Sequence record: MW534374.1
DNA from: Gordonia phage Austin
DNA length: 24,000 nt
Reading direction: 5' to 3' (one strand)
In this document: positions 8,554-16,927 of the stretch, piece by piece
How the letters are laid out: each line of letters begins with the position of its first letter
Position numbering within the stretch: position 1 is the first letter of the stretch
Position numbers and translations under genes: made by a program
Notes under the pieces: generated by a model
The model's database searches: none
Told to the model about the DNA's origin: nothing
Seen by the model: the letters and a program-made list of their open reading frames with translations, nothing else

Positions 8554-9288
8554 CTACAGCTTGGATTTCTCTGTCTCGAATTGCTCTTCGGAGATCTTCA
8601 GCATGCCCTGGATAACAGCGTCCGGCAGCCCCTGCTCGATCATTCCCTTCAGGTGCTCGCGATCCTCGTTCGACATGGCGCGAAACTTGCCAGTCTTGGG
8701 ATCAGCCTTGGGGCCTCGCTTGATGGGCGCAGACTTGCGCGTAGCCTTGGGCTGCACCTTTGTCGGCTCTGGCATGGGGTTGTGACCCTGAACGCCAGGC
8801 GTGGGCATGAAGTCGATCTCGCCCTTGTTCATTCGGTACCGCTTCAGAGACCACTTGCTTACCGCAGTGACGTCCTCGAAGTGTGGCCCAGAAATGATCT
8901 GCAGGGCAATGGCAATACCCTGCGCCTGCCCCTGAAGTTTGAAGTAACCCTCGAGTTCCTCGGGACTCATCTCGTCGTTCTTGAATCGAGGACGCTGATC
9001 CATGAGCGCCTTGGTTACTCGATCCAGTTCGAGCCAGTACTTCTCAATTATGCTCGGCCCAACCGGCATGAATCCACCTCCGTCTGCGAGTAACATTCGA
9101 GTCTCTGTGTATGGACACAGATCGTTTTCGTGGTGACGCTCTCGCTCAGATTCGGCACCGCTTTTTGTCTTGTGATACGTTGTCCATACACAGTGCGGAT
9201 CACCGCAGGCGTATGTCCAATCGAGATGGCCCTCGTGATCGGGCTGGTTTACGGTCGGAAAGATCTCCGGCCAGGAGGCGTAGGTCAC
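8554..9288 (-). CDS. hypothetical protein, possible DNA-binding C-terminus
   Basis: 244 aa; N-terminal CGDPHC...HHENDLC zinc-finger-like pattern; C-terminal basic segment. Confidence 0.65.
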   Translation of the reverse strand: MTYASWPEIFPTVNQPDHEGHLDWTYACGDPHCVWTTYHKTKSGAESERERHHENDLCPYTETRMLLADGGGFMPVGPSIIEKYWLELDRVTKALMDQRPRFKNDEMSPEELEGYFKLQGQAQGIAIALQIISGPHFEDVTAVSKWSLKRYRMNKGEIDFMPTPGVQGHNPMPEPTKVQPKATRKSAPIKRGPKADPKTGKFRAMSNEDREHLKGMIEQGLPDAVIQGMLKISEEQFETEKSKL

Positions 9289-9431
9289 AGCTCATCCTCC
9301 GGGTCTGGCGGGAGTTCCTCCTTCTCCTCGTCGGTCAGCGGCACGTCGAACGGCACATACTGGAGCGCCTCTTCCCAGGGGTGAGGCTCGGGCCAGTCGG
9401 GCGGGCCGTAGTAATACGGAGGTCCGTGCAT
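9285..9431 (-). CDS. small acidic hypothetical protein, 48 aa
   Basis: Start MHGPPYYYG at 9431 overlaps the upstream stop (TAATG). Confidence 0.5.
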   Translation of the reverse strand: MHGPPYYYGPPDWPEPHPWEEALQYVPFDVPLTDEEKEELPPDPEDEL

Positions 9432-9688
9432 TACTCGCCGCCGTTCGTCCACGCATCGAAGCGGTCGCCCCACTTGCACTTGACGCGCGATCCATCCTCG
9501 AGGACCAGGACCATGTGCTCGTTCTGGTACAGGTGCGACGCCTCGACGAGTGATTTGGTCTGGTAAACCTTGCCGTCGACTCCGACGTGATCGACTCGAA
9601 CCATCATGCCCGGAAGGATTCTACGGGCCTGGCGAGTTCCGATGTAACTCATCTTGTTGACTCGACTTGACGTTAGCGTGTTGCTCAC
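9431..9688 (-). CDS. hypothetical protein, 85 aa
   Basis: GTG start at 9688 with AGGAGGTAACACC SD. Confidence 0.6.
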   Translation of the reverse strand: MSNTLTSSRVNKMSYIGTRQARRILPGMMVRVDHVGVDGKVYQTKSLVEASHLYQNEHMVLVLEDGSRVKCKWGDRFDAWTNGGE

Positions 9689-9708
9689 GGTGTTACCTCC
9701 TGTGGTTA

Positions 9709-9737
9709 TTCATACCAGACCCAGCTGGTACTACCTA
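9709..9737 (-). promoter_or_regulatory. weak candidate promoter with embedded palindrome
   Basis: TATGAA preceded by GTCTGG; spacer contains TACCAG-N6-CTGGTA (9713-9730). The -35 (TAGGTA) is poor. Confidence 0.3.
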
Positions 9738-9741
9738 CTCT

Positions 9742-9787
9742 TTAAAAATCAGGCACGAGCAGTGATCCATACTGCTCGTGCCTGATT
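9742..9787 (-). terminator. rho-independent terminator
   Basis: Perfect 17-bp stem AATCAGGCACGAGCAGT / ACTGCTCGTGCCTGATT (arms 9747-9763 and 9771-9787) with 7-nt loop, followed on the minus strand by TTTAAA (TTTTT run). Lies after the 9862-10284 gene. Confidence 0.85.
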
Positions 9788-9861
9788 GTTTCAGCCTGCC
9801 GGAGTTGTTGTTCTCCCGCTCAATCATTCCTCAATTAAGAATTGACTGAAGCTCCAGCAGA

Positions 9862-10284
9862 CTAGTCTTCGACTTCATCGCTGGACTTCTCCGACTTCGA
9901 GGGCGGGTCCGCGTGGAAGTGTGACAGCGGCTCGTGATCGAGGCTGTCGTGGAATGACAGCGCGGCTTCCGGCGTCATAGCGTTGATGTCGGCCAGGGAG
10001 TAGCCGTGGCGGTCGGCGAGGTGGCGCTTCACGGTGTCGAGGTTGACGAGGTTAAGGCGTCGTGCCTTCATCTCAGCTTCGGCTTCCTGCGCCACTCGGA
10101 TGTCTGCGATGTCCTCGGCCTTGATCAGGCTCAGGTTCGACTTGCCCTTCTCCTTGAAGGCGATCATCTTCTCGGCTCCGGAGGCCACGGTGCCGGTGAC
10201 GTACTCCTCGGCACCCTGGATCAGGAGCTCCACCTTCTTGCCGTCGTAGTCGGTGAGCTCGAGTTCGGTGGCGGGTGCGGTCAT
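9862..10284 (-). CDS. hypothetical protein, acidic C-terminus
   Basis: 140 aa; own promoter region upstream and terminator downstream; AGGAGG SD. Confidence 0.75.
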   Translation of the reverse strand: MTAPATELELTDYDGKKVELLIQGAEEYVTGTVASGAEKMIAFKEKGKSNLSLIKAEDIADIRVAQEAEAEMKARRLNLVNLDTVKRHLADRHGYSLADINAMTPEAALSFHDSLDHEPLSHFHADPPSKSEKSSDEVED

Positions 10285-10318
10285 TTTGAAATCCTCCTGT
10301 TTGTGGTGGTCAGTGACG

Positions 10319-10384
10319 GTTACCCGCCGTTACCCGTTCATGGTACCACACATAACGATGTGCGCGCAACACGAACGGGTAACG
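10319..10384 (-). promoter_or_regulatory. promoter with flanking GTTACCCG operators
   Basis: GTTACCCG at 10319-10326 and 10329-10336 (10-bp period); 12-bp inverted arms CGTTACCCGTTC (10328-10339) / GAACGGGTAACG (10373-10384) bracket TTGCGC-N18-TACCAT (10369-10340). Confidence 0.6.
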
Positions 10385-10398
10385 ACTTTGGGCGTACG

Positions 10399-10950
10399 TC
10401 AGGCGTCGTAAACCCCGCGAAGGATTTCGAGGCTTGCGACGTTGCTTTCCCCGATGAAGTCCACGAGCTCACTCCAGCTGTACGGCTTGGTTGTGGCACC
10501 AGTGACGTACCACTCCTGGGTATCGTACCAGGGCGACTCGAAGTGCACGCTGTACGATGACGTATCGAAGATCTGCTGCCTCCGGGCCACCACACCGATA
10601 GCCGAGTAGGAGTAGACTCGATTCCCGAAACGCTTCACGAAGGCGACTACCGGAGGATTCCCCTCGTGATCCGGCTTCGGCTCCTGGCTGGCGAACTTAG
10701 ACTTCAGTGCCTCTCGAAGGAGGTTGATCTGATGATCACTTTCCTCGAGTCGTTCGTTGATCTCGCGACGTTCGCGTCGCGCCTGCTCGAGCATCTGCGA
10801 CAGTGACATGGGATCACGACGCGACTCGGCGAGCACCTCCTCCGGCTGCGCCCGGACGCGCTCGACACGAGCGTATGCCGCTCGGCACTTGGCGCGAGCC
10901 GAGGAGGTCTTCGGGTGTGTGCATTCTGCGTGAGACATTCGAGTTGCCAT
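10399..10950 (-). CDS. hypothetical protein with coiled-coil-like segment
   Basis: 183 aa; SLSQMLEQARRERREINERLEESDHQINLLREAL; AGGAGAACAAC SD. Confidence 0.65.
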   Translation of the reverse strand: MATRMSHAECTHPKTSSARAKCRAAYARVERVRAQPEEVLAESRRDPMSLSQMLEQARRERREINERLEESDHQINLLREALKSKFASQEPKPDHEGNPPVVAFVKRFGNRVYSYSAIGVVARRQQIFDTSSYSVHFESPWYDTQEWYVTGATTKPYSWSELVDFIGESNVASLEILRGVYDA

Positions 10951-10959
10951 GTTGTTCTC

Positions 10960-11163
10960 CTATCCTCTTAGCCTAATCTTTAGGCCAAGGTAATCCGAAC
11001 CTAGTACTGGTTCCCAGGTCTTTTTTCCTTCAACTTTAACAACAAGGGAGCATACAACCCCCTTGGTCTCGTTATCTATCTGAGCCTTGACGGCATCCTC
11101 AAGAGTGTCGAAGGTTCCAGAGTACAGTGGAAACTTGAGGTATGAGATAACTAGTCTGTACAT
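10960..11163 (-). CDS. hypothetical protein, 67 aa
   Basis: Open frame with SD-like GGGAG before the ATG. Confidence 0.6.
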   Translation of the reverse strand: MYRLVISYLKFPLYSGTFDTLEDAVKAQIDNETKGVVCSLVVKVEGKKTWEPVLGSDYLGLKIRLRG

Positions 11164-11412
11164 TTACTCCCGCCTCGCCATTCCGGCCCCACCAGGGGGC
11201 GGTCGCCTTGGTGGTCTTACATTATCGAGGGTACCGTTCTCTACCTTGCGGAGATACTGCTTCGGGTCTCTCGCCCAGAGTTCATTCTGCCGTTCGGCCC
11301 GTGCCGCCAACTCTGCTGGCGTTTCTTTCTTCTTCGCAGTCGGCTGCCTGCGAATAGGACTGCGCCCCATGACGCTAGAAGCAGTCGCCGTTGTGAACGA
11401 GGTTGCAGTCAT
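11164..11412 (-). CDS. hypothetical protein, 82 aa
   Basis: Open frame, co-directional, abuts the next gene. Confidence 0.5.
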   Translation of the reverse strand: MTATSFTTATASSVMGRSPIRRQPTAKKKETPAELAARAERQNELWARDPKQYLRKVENGTLDNVRPPRRPPPGGAGMARRE

Positions 11413-11614
11413 CGCAGCGCTCCGGCTGTCGCTTGCGCGACTGGCTGTACGTCACGCCCTCTTCTTTTACTAGACGCTCGCCTCGATCGTTCTGAAATGC
11501 GGAGCTCGCAGCACAGGACTCATGCTTCCATGAAGCTCCCGACGGCTCGATGTCCTCGCCCTTCTCGATCGAGGTTCCGCACTCGATGCAGGCACCGTCG
11601 AACTTTGCTTTCAC
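11375..11614 (-). CDS. zinc-binding hypothetical protein
   Basis: GTG start at 11614 (AAGGAGAAGGCACT SD); VKAKFDGACIECGTSIEKGEDIEPSGASWKHESC...CDDCNLVHNGDC. Confidence 0.65.
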   Translation of the reverse strand: MKAKFDGACIECGTSIEKGEDIEPSGASWKHESCAASSAFQNDRGERLVKEEGVTYSQSRKRQPERCDDCNLVHNGDCF

Positions 11615-11838
11615 AGTGCCTTCTTCTCCTTGAAGTAGTGGATCATGTCGAAGACCCAGATAACAAAGTCCGAGATGATGATCACCGCCGCTACCAGCGA
11701 TAGCCAGTCTGTCGACTGTCCTCTCACGATCTCCGACAAGATCGTGCCGAAGGCGATCATCACGAGACTGTTTCGCCACAGCGGGCTCTTTGGAAGTTCG
11801 GCCCTCAGCTTTTCCAGCTCATCCTTCTGTGCTATCAT
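11611..11838 (-). CDS. small membrane protein, about 2 TM segments
   Basis: Start MIAQKDELEK at 11838; hydrophobic SLVMIAFGTILSEIV and WLSLVAAVIIISDFVIWVFDMI. Confidence 0.65.
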   Translation of the reverse strand: MIAQKDELEKLRAELPKSPLWRNSLVMIAFGTILSEIVRGQSTDWLSLVAAVIIISDFVIWVFDMIHYFKEKKAL

Positions 11839-12167
11839 TCTTTGTCCTCCTCTTTGTTGTATGCCCAACCGTCAAGCCACTCTTTAGCAAGCTTGTCCGG
11901 CCGTATGAACGAGGCTGCCCAGCCGGTGTCCTCGTCTATGTTTTCTTGCAGGTGGATATTACATACCGCGAACGCGCCCGACCCGCCGTGACCTCCATCC
12001 TTGGGGAGGTAGAGGAACCTGGCCGTGTTGCCGCACGCCTGCCCCTTTAGATTCTTACAGGCACAGGGTGGTCGATGACGACCGCGAAGCTTGAGCGCGT
12101 ACGGAAACGAGGCGCGCGCAACGTCTCCACTCTTTACGCGAAGTATTCGCTCCAGGAACTTTGTCAT
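11835..12167 (-). CDS. hypothetical Cys-containing protein
   Basis: 110 aa; CACKNLKGQACGN...CNIH; ATGA-type overlaps on both sides. Confidence 0.65.
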   Translation of the reverse strand: MTKFLERILRVKSGDVARASFPYALKLRGRHRPPCACKNLKGQACGNTARFLYLPKDGGHGGSGAFAVCNIHLQENIDEDTGWAASFIRPDKLAKEWLDGWAYNKEEDKE

Positions 12168-14074
12168 TTCATCAACCTCTTTCCTAGGTGCTCAACAACC
12201 TTCTTGTAGTCACTCGAGCTATCGACTTGAGTCGTATCGAAGCCGTGCTTGATCGGAGTATCAACACCCATACCAACTGCCATGAGTGTTATGTTGTTAC
12301 GCTTGCAGTACCTGATCTCCGACTGCATCACTTCCAACTCCTCCTGGTAGTTGGAAGCTGGCATAGCTCCGTCAGTGTAGTACATGACAATCTTGTCGGT
12401 AGCCCGAGACTTCTCGACCTGCTTGCGATAGAACTGGAGGGTGTGTCCATCCAGGTTTGCGCCCGAGGCATTGAGTGAGCGCAGGTTTTCGCGAGTCTTG
12501 CTGCCCCACGGGTCCGACGCGGACTTGACTTTCGTCAGCACGGGCGCGTCCATCTCCTTGGAGTACCAGTCGGAGCAGTGTGCCCAAATCTCGAACGTGA
12601 CACCAATCCGACTGCAGACGTCAGCCATAGCAAGAACTGCCATCTTCTCCATCTCCAGTGTCGCACCCGCCGACGAGCCCGATGCATCCATGCCGATCAC
12701 GACGTGATACGAACGCGAGTCTGGCACGATGCGTCGTGCGAACAGTCGATCATCACTGAATGGAACACGCTTCGCGAGCGTCTTGCCTGCGATGCGCCCG
12801 CTCCTCTGGTTGCGATGATGCTCAACCCTGGCGTTGACTCCGAACGCCAGACGTGCTGCACCTACCGCATGCCCGATGTCACGCTCATTTGACTTGAGCG
12901 GACGAGGAGAGATCTGCGACCTCTTGTAGTTCGGTCCTTCGTTGTATTCGTACACCTGTGGAGGCGAGATGTTGACGGGGACATGATCGAAAGTGTCGAT
13001 CATCGACATGACTTCGACAACCTCCCCTGGAGTCAGCCCATCCTTGACTGGCTCTCCGTCCTCGGATGAACGACCGCCGAAGCCTCCACCTTCGCCCACC
13101 TCCGTGCCGTGCCCGATGATCTGCTTAAGAATCTTTCCGATCTCTTCGATCAGCTCCTGAAGCTCCTCGTCACTAGCGCCACTGTCAACAAGCATGTACC
13201 CCTTGGAGTTGAACCAAGACAGCTGTGCGAGCACACAATCAAATGTGTCGACAGTGTTGGTAGCGCTAAGTGCCTCACGCGAGAGTCTGCCGACCTCCGG
13301 GTCACGCAGCAAATCAACAACTTCTTCGGCGAAGTACCCATCGATCTGGTGGCCAGTAGTCTTGAACATGAATGCCATTCCGCACTGCATGTCAAGTTCC
13401 ATGTCCGTGTAGAAGGTTACTCCATCTTTAGACTCAATGCCGTTGACCATGAAGTCGTCGTTGATTGCGAAGAAATTGTCCCGCTCTTCCTTGTCATTAG
13501 CGAGGCGCCTGGTATCGCAACGGATATCCTCGCTCATGAGCATGAGCATGCTCAGCCAGGGGTGCATAGCCTGATTTACATGCCAGATCAGGGGACTGTC
13601 CTTCGGCGCGCTTGTCGAGGGATTCAGCGACAGGCGAATGCGCTCGTAGAACTTCGTCGGAAGGCTGGGCCTGGCGTCCGACCTGTGGTCAATCATAATA
13701 TTGGCAACCCTGCCTCGACTGAAAGTGTCGAAGCTTCCGTGCATGATGTGACCAATCTCGTGCTGAAGAACGGACGAGATATACTCCTGATTTGCGCAGG
13801 CCGGACACGCCTGAATGCCATACTCGCGAACACCGCACTGGCCGTTGTGCGACCGCACACTTGCGAGCGCAAGTGGCGGACAAATCCAGATGGTCTTTCC
13901 GTCCGTCATGGACTTATCGCCAGCCTCGAGCTTGAGATTCGGCTTGCCGGTAGCCTGACGAGCATACGCCCGAAGGCCGGGTAGCAACCGCTTGAATCTC
14001 TGGGCGGCGACGACCGCGTCGTTACGCTTAGCGCGGGTGCGGATTGAAGTTGATTGTGCCTGTGAATGAGCCAC
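12164..14074 (-). CDS. metallopeptidase-like plus VWA-like domain protein (MoxR partner type)
   Basis: Zinc-protease motif HEIGHIMHG; MIDAS-like VVIGMDASGSSAGAT and VMYYTDG. N-terminal metallopeptidase plus C-terminal VWA order matches known MoxR-associated families. Confidence 0.82.
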   Translation of the reverse strand: MAHSQAQSTSIRTRAKRNDAVVAAQRFKRLLPGLRAYARQATGKPNLKLEAGDKSMTDGKTIWICPPLALASVRSHNGQCGVREYGIQACPACANQEYISSVLQHEIGHIMHGSFDTFSRGRVANIMIDHRSDARPSLPTKFYERIRLSLNPSTSAPKDSPLIWHVNQAMHPWLSMLMLMSEDIRCDTRRLANDKEERDNFFAINDDFMVNGIESKDGVTFYTDMELDMQCGMAFMFKTTGHQIDGYFAEEVVDLLRDPEVGRLSREALSATNTVDTFDCVLAQLSWFNSKGYMLVDSGASDEELQELIEEIGKILKQIIGHGTEVGEGGGFGGRSSEDGEPVKDGLTPGEVVEVMSMIDTFDHVPVNISPPQVYEYNEGPNYKRSQISPRPLKSNERDIGHAVGAARLAFGVNARVEHHRNQRSGRIAGKTLAKRVPFSDDRLFARRIVPDSRSYHVVIGMDASGSSAGATLEMEKMAVLAMADVCSRIGVTFEIWAHCSDWYSKEMDAPVLTKVKSASDPWGSKTRENLRSLNASGANLDGHTLQFYRKQVEKSRATDKIVMYYTDGAMPASNYQEELEVMQSEIRYCKRNNITLMAVGMGVDTPIKHGFDTTQVDSSSDYKKVVEHLGKRLMK

Positions 14075-15644
14075 TCTTGACCGCCCCCTTCTTCTTTGAG
14101 TGCGCGAGCACTACCTCCATCACCGTCTCTCTTGCCTCGGGCTCGAGATAATCGAGCACCGCAAGTCGGTATGCCTTCTCGAGATCGAACCAGGCTGTAG
14201 CTCGTGCGACCTTGATCTGATTACGAACACCCCAGGTGATCGGGAGCGTGCCGTCGTCCGACAACTCTCGAATATCCTTAGCGACTCGCATAAGTGTTTC
14301 GAGCATGTCGTCCTCGATTAGGTACTGATCGAGCTTGCATCGTTCAACGATGATCGAACGCTCGACACTCTCCGGTGGCATGTCGACGTAGATATGCATG
14401 AGGCGTGATCCGTCCGCATCACCGATCTGCTCAGCTCCGACGTTGCGGTGATCCCAGGCAGGGTTCATGGCGAGTCCGAGGAACGCGAACGGATGACGAC
14501 TGATTGTCTCGCCCTCGTTCTTGTCGTTGACGAGTTGCTTGCTGTTGTCGGTGAGCGGTCGAATGTACTGCCACACCTCTGGTGGTCCGGTGTTCGGCTC
14601 ATCCAACACAAGCACGTTCGGCTTTACCCAGGCCTTTGGAATGCGACCCGGCTTGAAAACGGTCTCGTTGTTCTCGAAGTGCATCTTGCCGGCCAGGTCG
14701 TCGATCTCCGAGTCCCGGGTGATCGAGATGCGCTCGAACGGAACCTGCATGAGCCATGCCATGTAGCGGTAGAACTCCGTCTTACCTGTGCCAGCCTTGC
14801 CAACTAGCGAGGGCGTCTCGTCGAGATGGAACCACAGCGCTGCGACGGTGAACGTCAGCTGCATGTGATCGACGTAGGTCTCGGGGTGCTCGTCGTCGCC
14901 GGTAGCGGGAATCTTTGCAGCCTCGACTGCAGAGAAGATCTCGCGTTTGAAGATCGGGATGAACAGCTCGCGCCCGCCCATCGTGATACGTCTCCAGGCG
15001 CGGATTCCCTGGGCATCCTGCTGCGCCGTGACGGCCCTATCGCTCGGATAGGTGGACGGTTCGACGGTCATGTCGATCATGTCGTTAGAGGCGGCAGCGT
15101 TGTTCTGTTCGGGGAACAGGTGACGCTCTAGAGTTGGGTCGAGAACCAACGAATCGAGCAGGCCTCTGTAGTGGGCCTCGGGGTCGGTGACAGCCGATCG
15201 GGTAGACGAGTTGCACCCGCGTGCAATCATCGAGGCGCGCTGCTCTGGAATCAGCTTGCCATATCTCGCGCAAGCTCCCATCGGGATGGTAGTCTTCTCT
15301 ATCATCTTTCCAACGGGAATGTGGAAGTAGCACGCGCGGCAAGAACCGGCCTTGCCGTTTGCCCCCGATACGTCCGTGTCCATCGTAGCGGCACTGCTAA
15401 AGATGCCGATACGAAGTCGGTCAGTCTGCTCCGAGACGGTGAGCTCTTTATTGTATGACGTGCAGTCGGATGCGAAGTCTTCCATCGACTTGATCTGCTC
15501 TTCGGCAGACATGGTATCGACGGAGACGACTCGACCAATTGCTCGGCACCCCACGACTGGAATCGGGCTGCCGAATACTGCAACAGAGCTGTTCGACCCC
15601 AGCCGATTCGTGCAGTTCATGCAAGACTTTACTTCATTGCTCAT
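14028..15644 (-). CDS. MoxR/CobS-like AAA+ ATPase with Cys-rich N-terminal extension
   Basis: GKAGTGKTEFYRYMAWLM (Walker A), NVLVLDEPNT (Walker B), FLGLAMNPAWDHRNVG (sensor region); N-terminal CMNC, CRAC and other Cys residues. Confidence 0.85.
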   Translation of the reverse strand: MSNEVKSCMNCTNRLGSNSSVAVFGSPIPVVGCRAIGRVVSVDTMSAEEQIKSMEDFASDCTSYNKELTVSEQTDRLRIGIFSSAATMDTDVSGANGKAGSCRACYFHIPVGKMIEKTTIPMGACARYGKLIPEQRASMIARGCNSSTRSAVTDPEAHYRGLLDSLVLDPTLERHLFPEQNNAAASNDMIDMTVEPSTYPSDRAVTAQQDAQGIRAWRRITMGGRELFIPIFKREIFSAVEAAKIPATGDDEHPETYVDHMQLTFTVAALWFHLDETPSLVGKAGTGKTEFYRYMAWLMQVPFERISITRDSEIDDLAGKMHFENNETVFKPGRIPKAWVKPNVLVLDEPNTGPPEVWQYIRPLTDNSKQLVNDKNEGETISRHPFAFLGLAMNPAWDHRNVGAEQIGDADGSRLMHIYVDMPPESVERSIIVERCKLDQYLIEDDMLETLMRVAKDIRELSDDGTLPITWGVRNQIKVARATAWFDLEKAYRLAVLDYLEPEARETVMEVVLAHSKKKGAVKSGSFTGTINFNPHPR

Positions 15645-15700
15645 TGAGCCACTCCTTAAGGTAGTGATGTTATGGTTTGATTGACCTGTTCACATGCTAC

Positions 15701-15729
15701 ATAGTACCACATGCGACACAAAATGTCAA
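15701..15729 (-). promoter_or_regulatory. strong promoter TTGACA-N17-TACTAT for the AAA/VWA operon
   Basis: Minus strand TTGACA-ttttgtgtcgcatgtgg-TACTAT; CACATGC direct repeat at 15691-15697 and 15708-15714. Confidence 0.8.
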
Positions 15730-16355
15730 TTCAATTCTTTCTTCCTACGATCTTCGTGAGCTCGATTCCACTCAATCCGATGGTGCTTGCACATCGGAAC
15801 AACTCGATGCGACCGAACCTGCTGCATCTTGCAGCCTCGCTTGACTTGCGAGGCGAGCACACCGTGAATCTGCATGTCGTCCTCTACGCAGACGACACAC
15901 ACTCGTTCGGGATGACTGATCATCCATGCTTGCTTCTTCTCGAGCGCGTACGTTGGATCGGGAAGAATCTCGTATCCGGCCCCGATGCTCTCGCGTTCGA
16001 GTCGGTTGAGAATGCGACGTACGCGCGTGACCTTGACGTAGTAGTCTTTCCAGACGGGGAAGTTATCTCCCGTGATGTAGACGACCGTAACTGGCGCAAC
16101 AGGCTCGCGGTCATCAGTTGCCATAGCGCTATTGAAGATTGACGCGCACGCCTGCGTATCCTCGTCGTCCCACTCGGGCAGGTCCGAGAAGATTGACTGC
16201 AGCCAGTGGTGGTGGATGATGCTGAACTGCCCGACGTTGGTCTCTACGAACGACGGCTCATCGGGCACCGCGTCGACCATGACCTCCAGCCTGGCTGGCG
16301 TATCGTAGTCGCCGGACAGGGCCGGGTCGATGACCTCGGCTGAAATAATCTTCAT
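15726..16355 (-). CDS. hypothetical protein, C-terminal Cys/His cluster
   Basis: 209 aa; VCVVCVEDD...CKHHRIEWNRAH; RBS AAAGGAGAC. Confidence 0.65.
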   Translation of the reverse strand: MKIISAEVIDPALSGDYDTPARLEVMVDAVPDEPSFVETNVGQFSIIHHHWLQSIFSDLPEWDDEDTQACASIFNSAMATDDREPVAPVTVVYITGDNFPVWKDYYVKVTRVRRILNRLERESIGAGYEILPDPTYALEKKQAWMISHPERVCVVCVEDDMQIHGVLASQVKRGCKMQQVRSHRVVPMCKHHRIEWNRAHEDRRKKELN

Positions 16356-16366
16356 TGGTGTCTCCT

Positions 16367-16798
16367 TTATCGGCAGGGGCCTTCGCCCGGCATGTATGAA
16401 TCGATGAGTGCCGATGCGTCACCGATCTTGAGCCATGCTTTGTTGGTTTCGGTCTCGAGGTCGTACATGTCTCGCGACATCTTGACGACTGTGTTCGAGT
16501 CCTTTGACATGAGGTTGAGCTCGATCTGGCTAATCATGTTGCGCATCTTGCCGCGCGCGCGGGACAGTTCGCCCTGTCCTTCGCGCAGCTTCGTCACCGC
16601 ATCGAGGTATGTGTTACACTCGCGCGACGAGACCGGAACCTCAACGCGCTTCTCTTCGATCTTTGTTTGTGTCACAATGACCGGATCGTGTGGTGTTACC
16701 TCTCGAGGTGGCTGGTTCTCGGCCCATAGCAGCCATGACATGCCTGTGATGAGGACTCCAAACGCGAAGGCCGCGACTACATTACGCTTTCTGATCAA
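16367..16798 (-). CDS. membrane-anchored coiled-coil-like hypothetical protein
   Basis: N-terminal TM VVAAFAFGVLITGMSWLLWA followed by a long helical region. Confidence 0.65.
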   Translation of the reverse strand: MIRKRNVVAAFAFGVLITGMSWLLWAENQPPREVTPHDPVIVTQTKIEEKRVEVPVSSRECNTYLDAVTKLREGQGELSRARGKMRNMISQIELNLMSKDSNTVVKMSRDMYDLETETNKAWLKIGDASALIDSYMPGEGPCR

Positions 16799-16927
16799 CT
16801 ACTCCTCCGCTCCCGACCAGGTGATGATCGTTTTTGTCTTTTCGTACACAGCGACATGCTCGAATGGGTGGCCGAGCCGGAGGCAGCATACGTCTCCGTA
16901 CTCGTTCACCGCTTTACATGCTTCCAT
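16799..16927 (-). CDS. small Cys-rich protein, 42 aa
   Basis: MEACKAVNEYGDVCCLRLGHPFEHVAVYEKTKTIITWSGAEE, manual translation; fits tightly between neighbours. Confidence 0.55.
   Translation of the reverse strand: MEACKAVNEYGDVCCLRLGHPFEHVAVYEKTKTIITWSGAEE

Noticed and set aside
13109-13984. 291-aa plus-strand ORF
   Set aside because: Antisense to the metallopeptidase/VWA gene whose motifs are clear.
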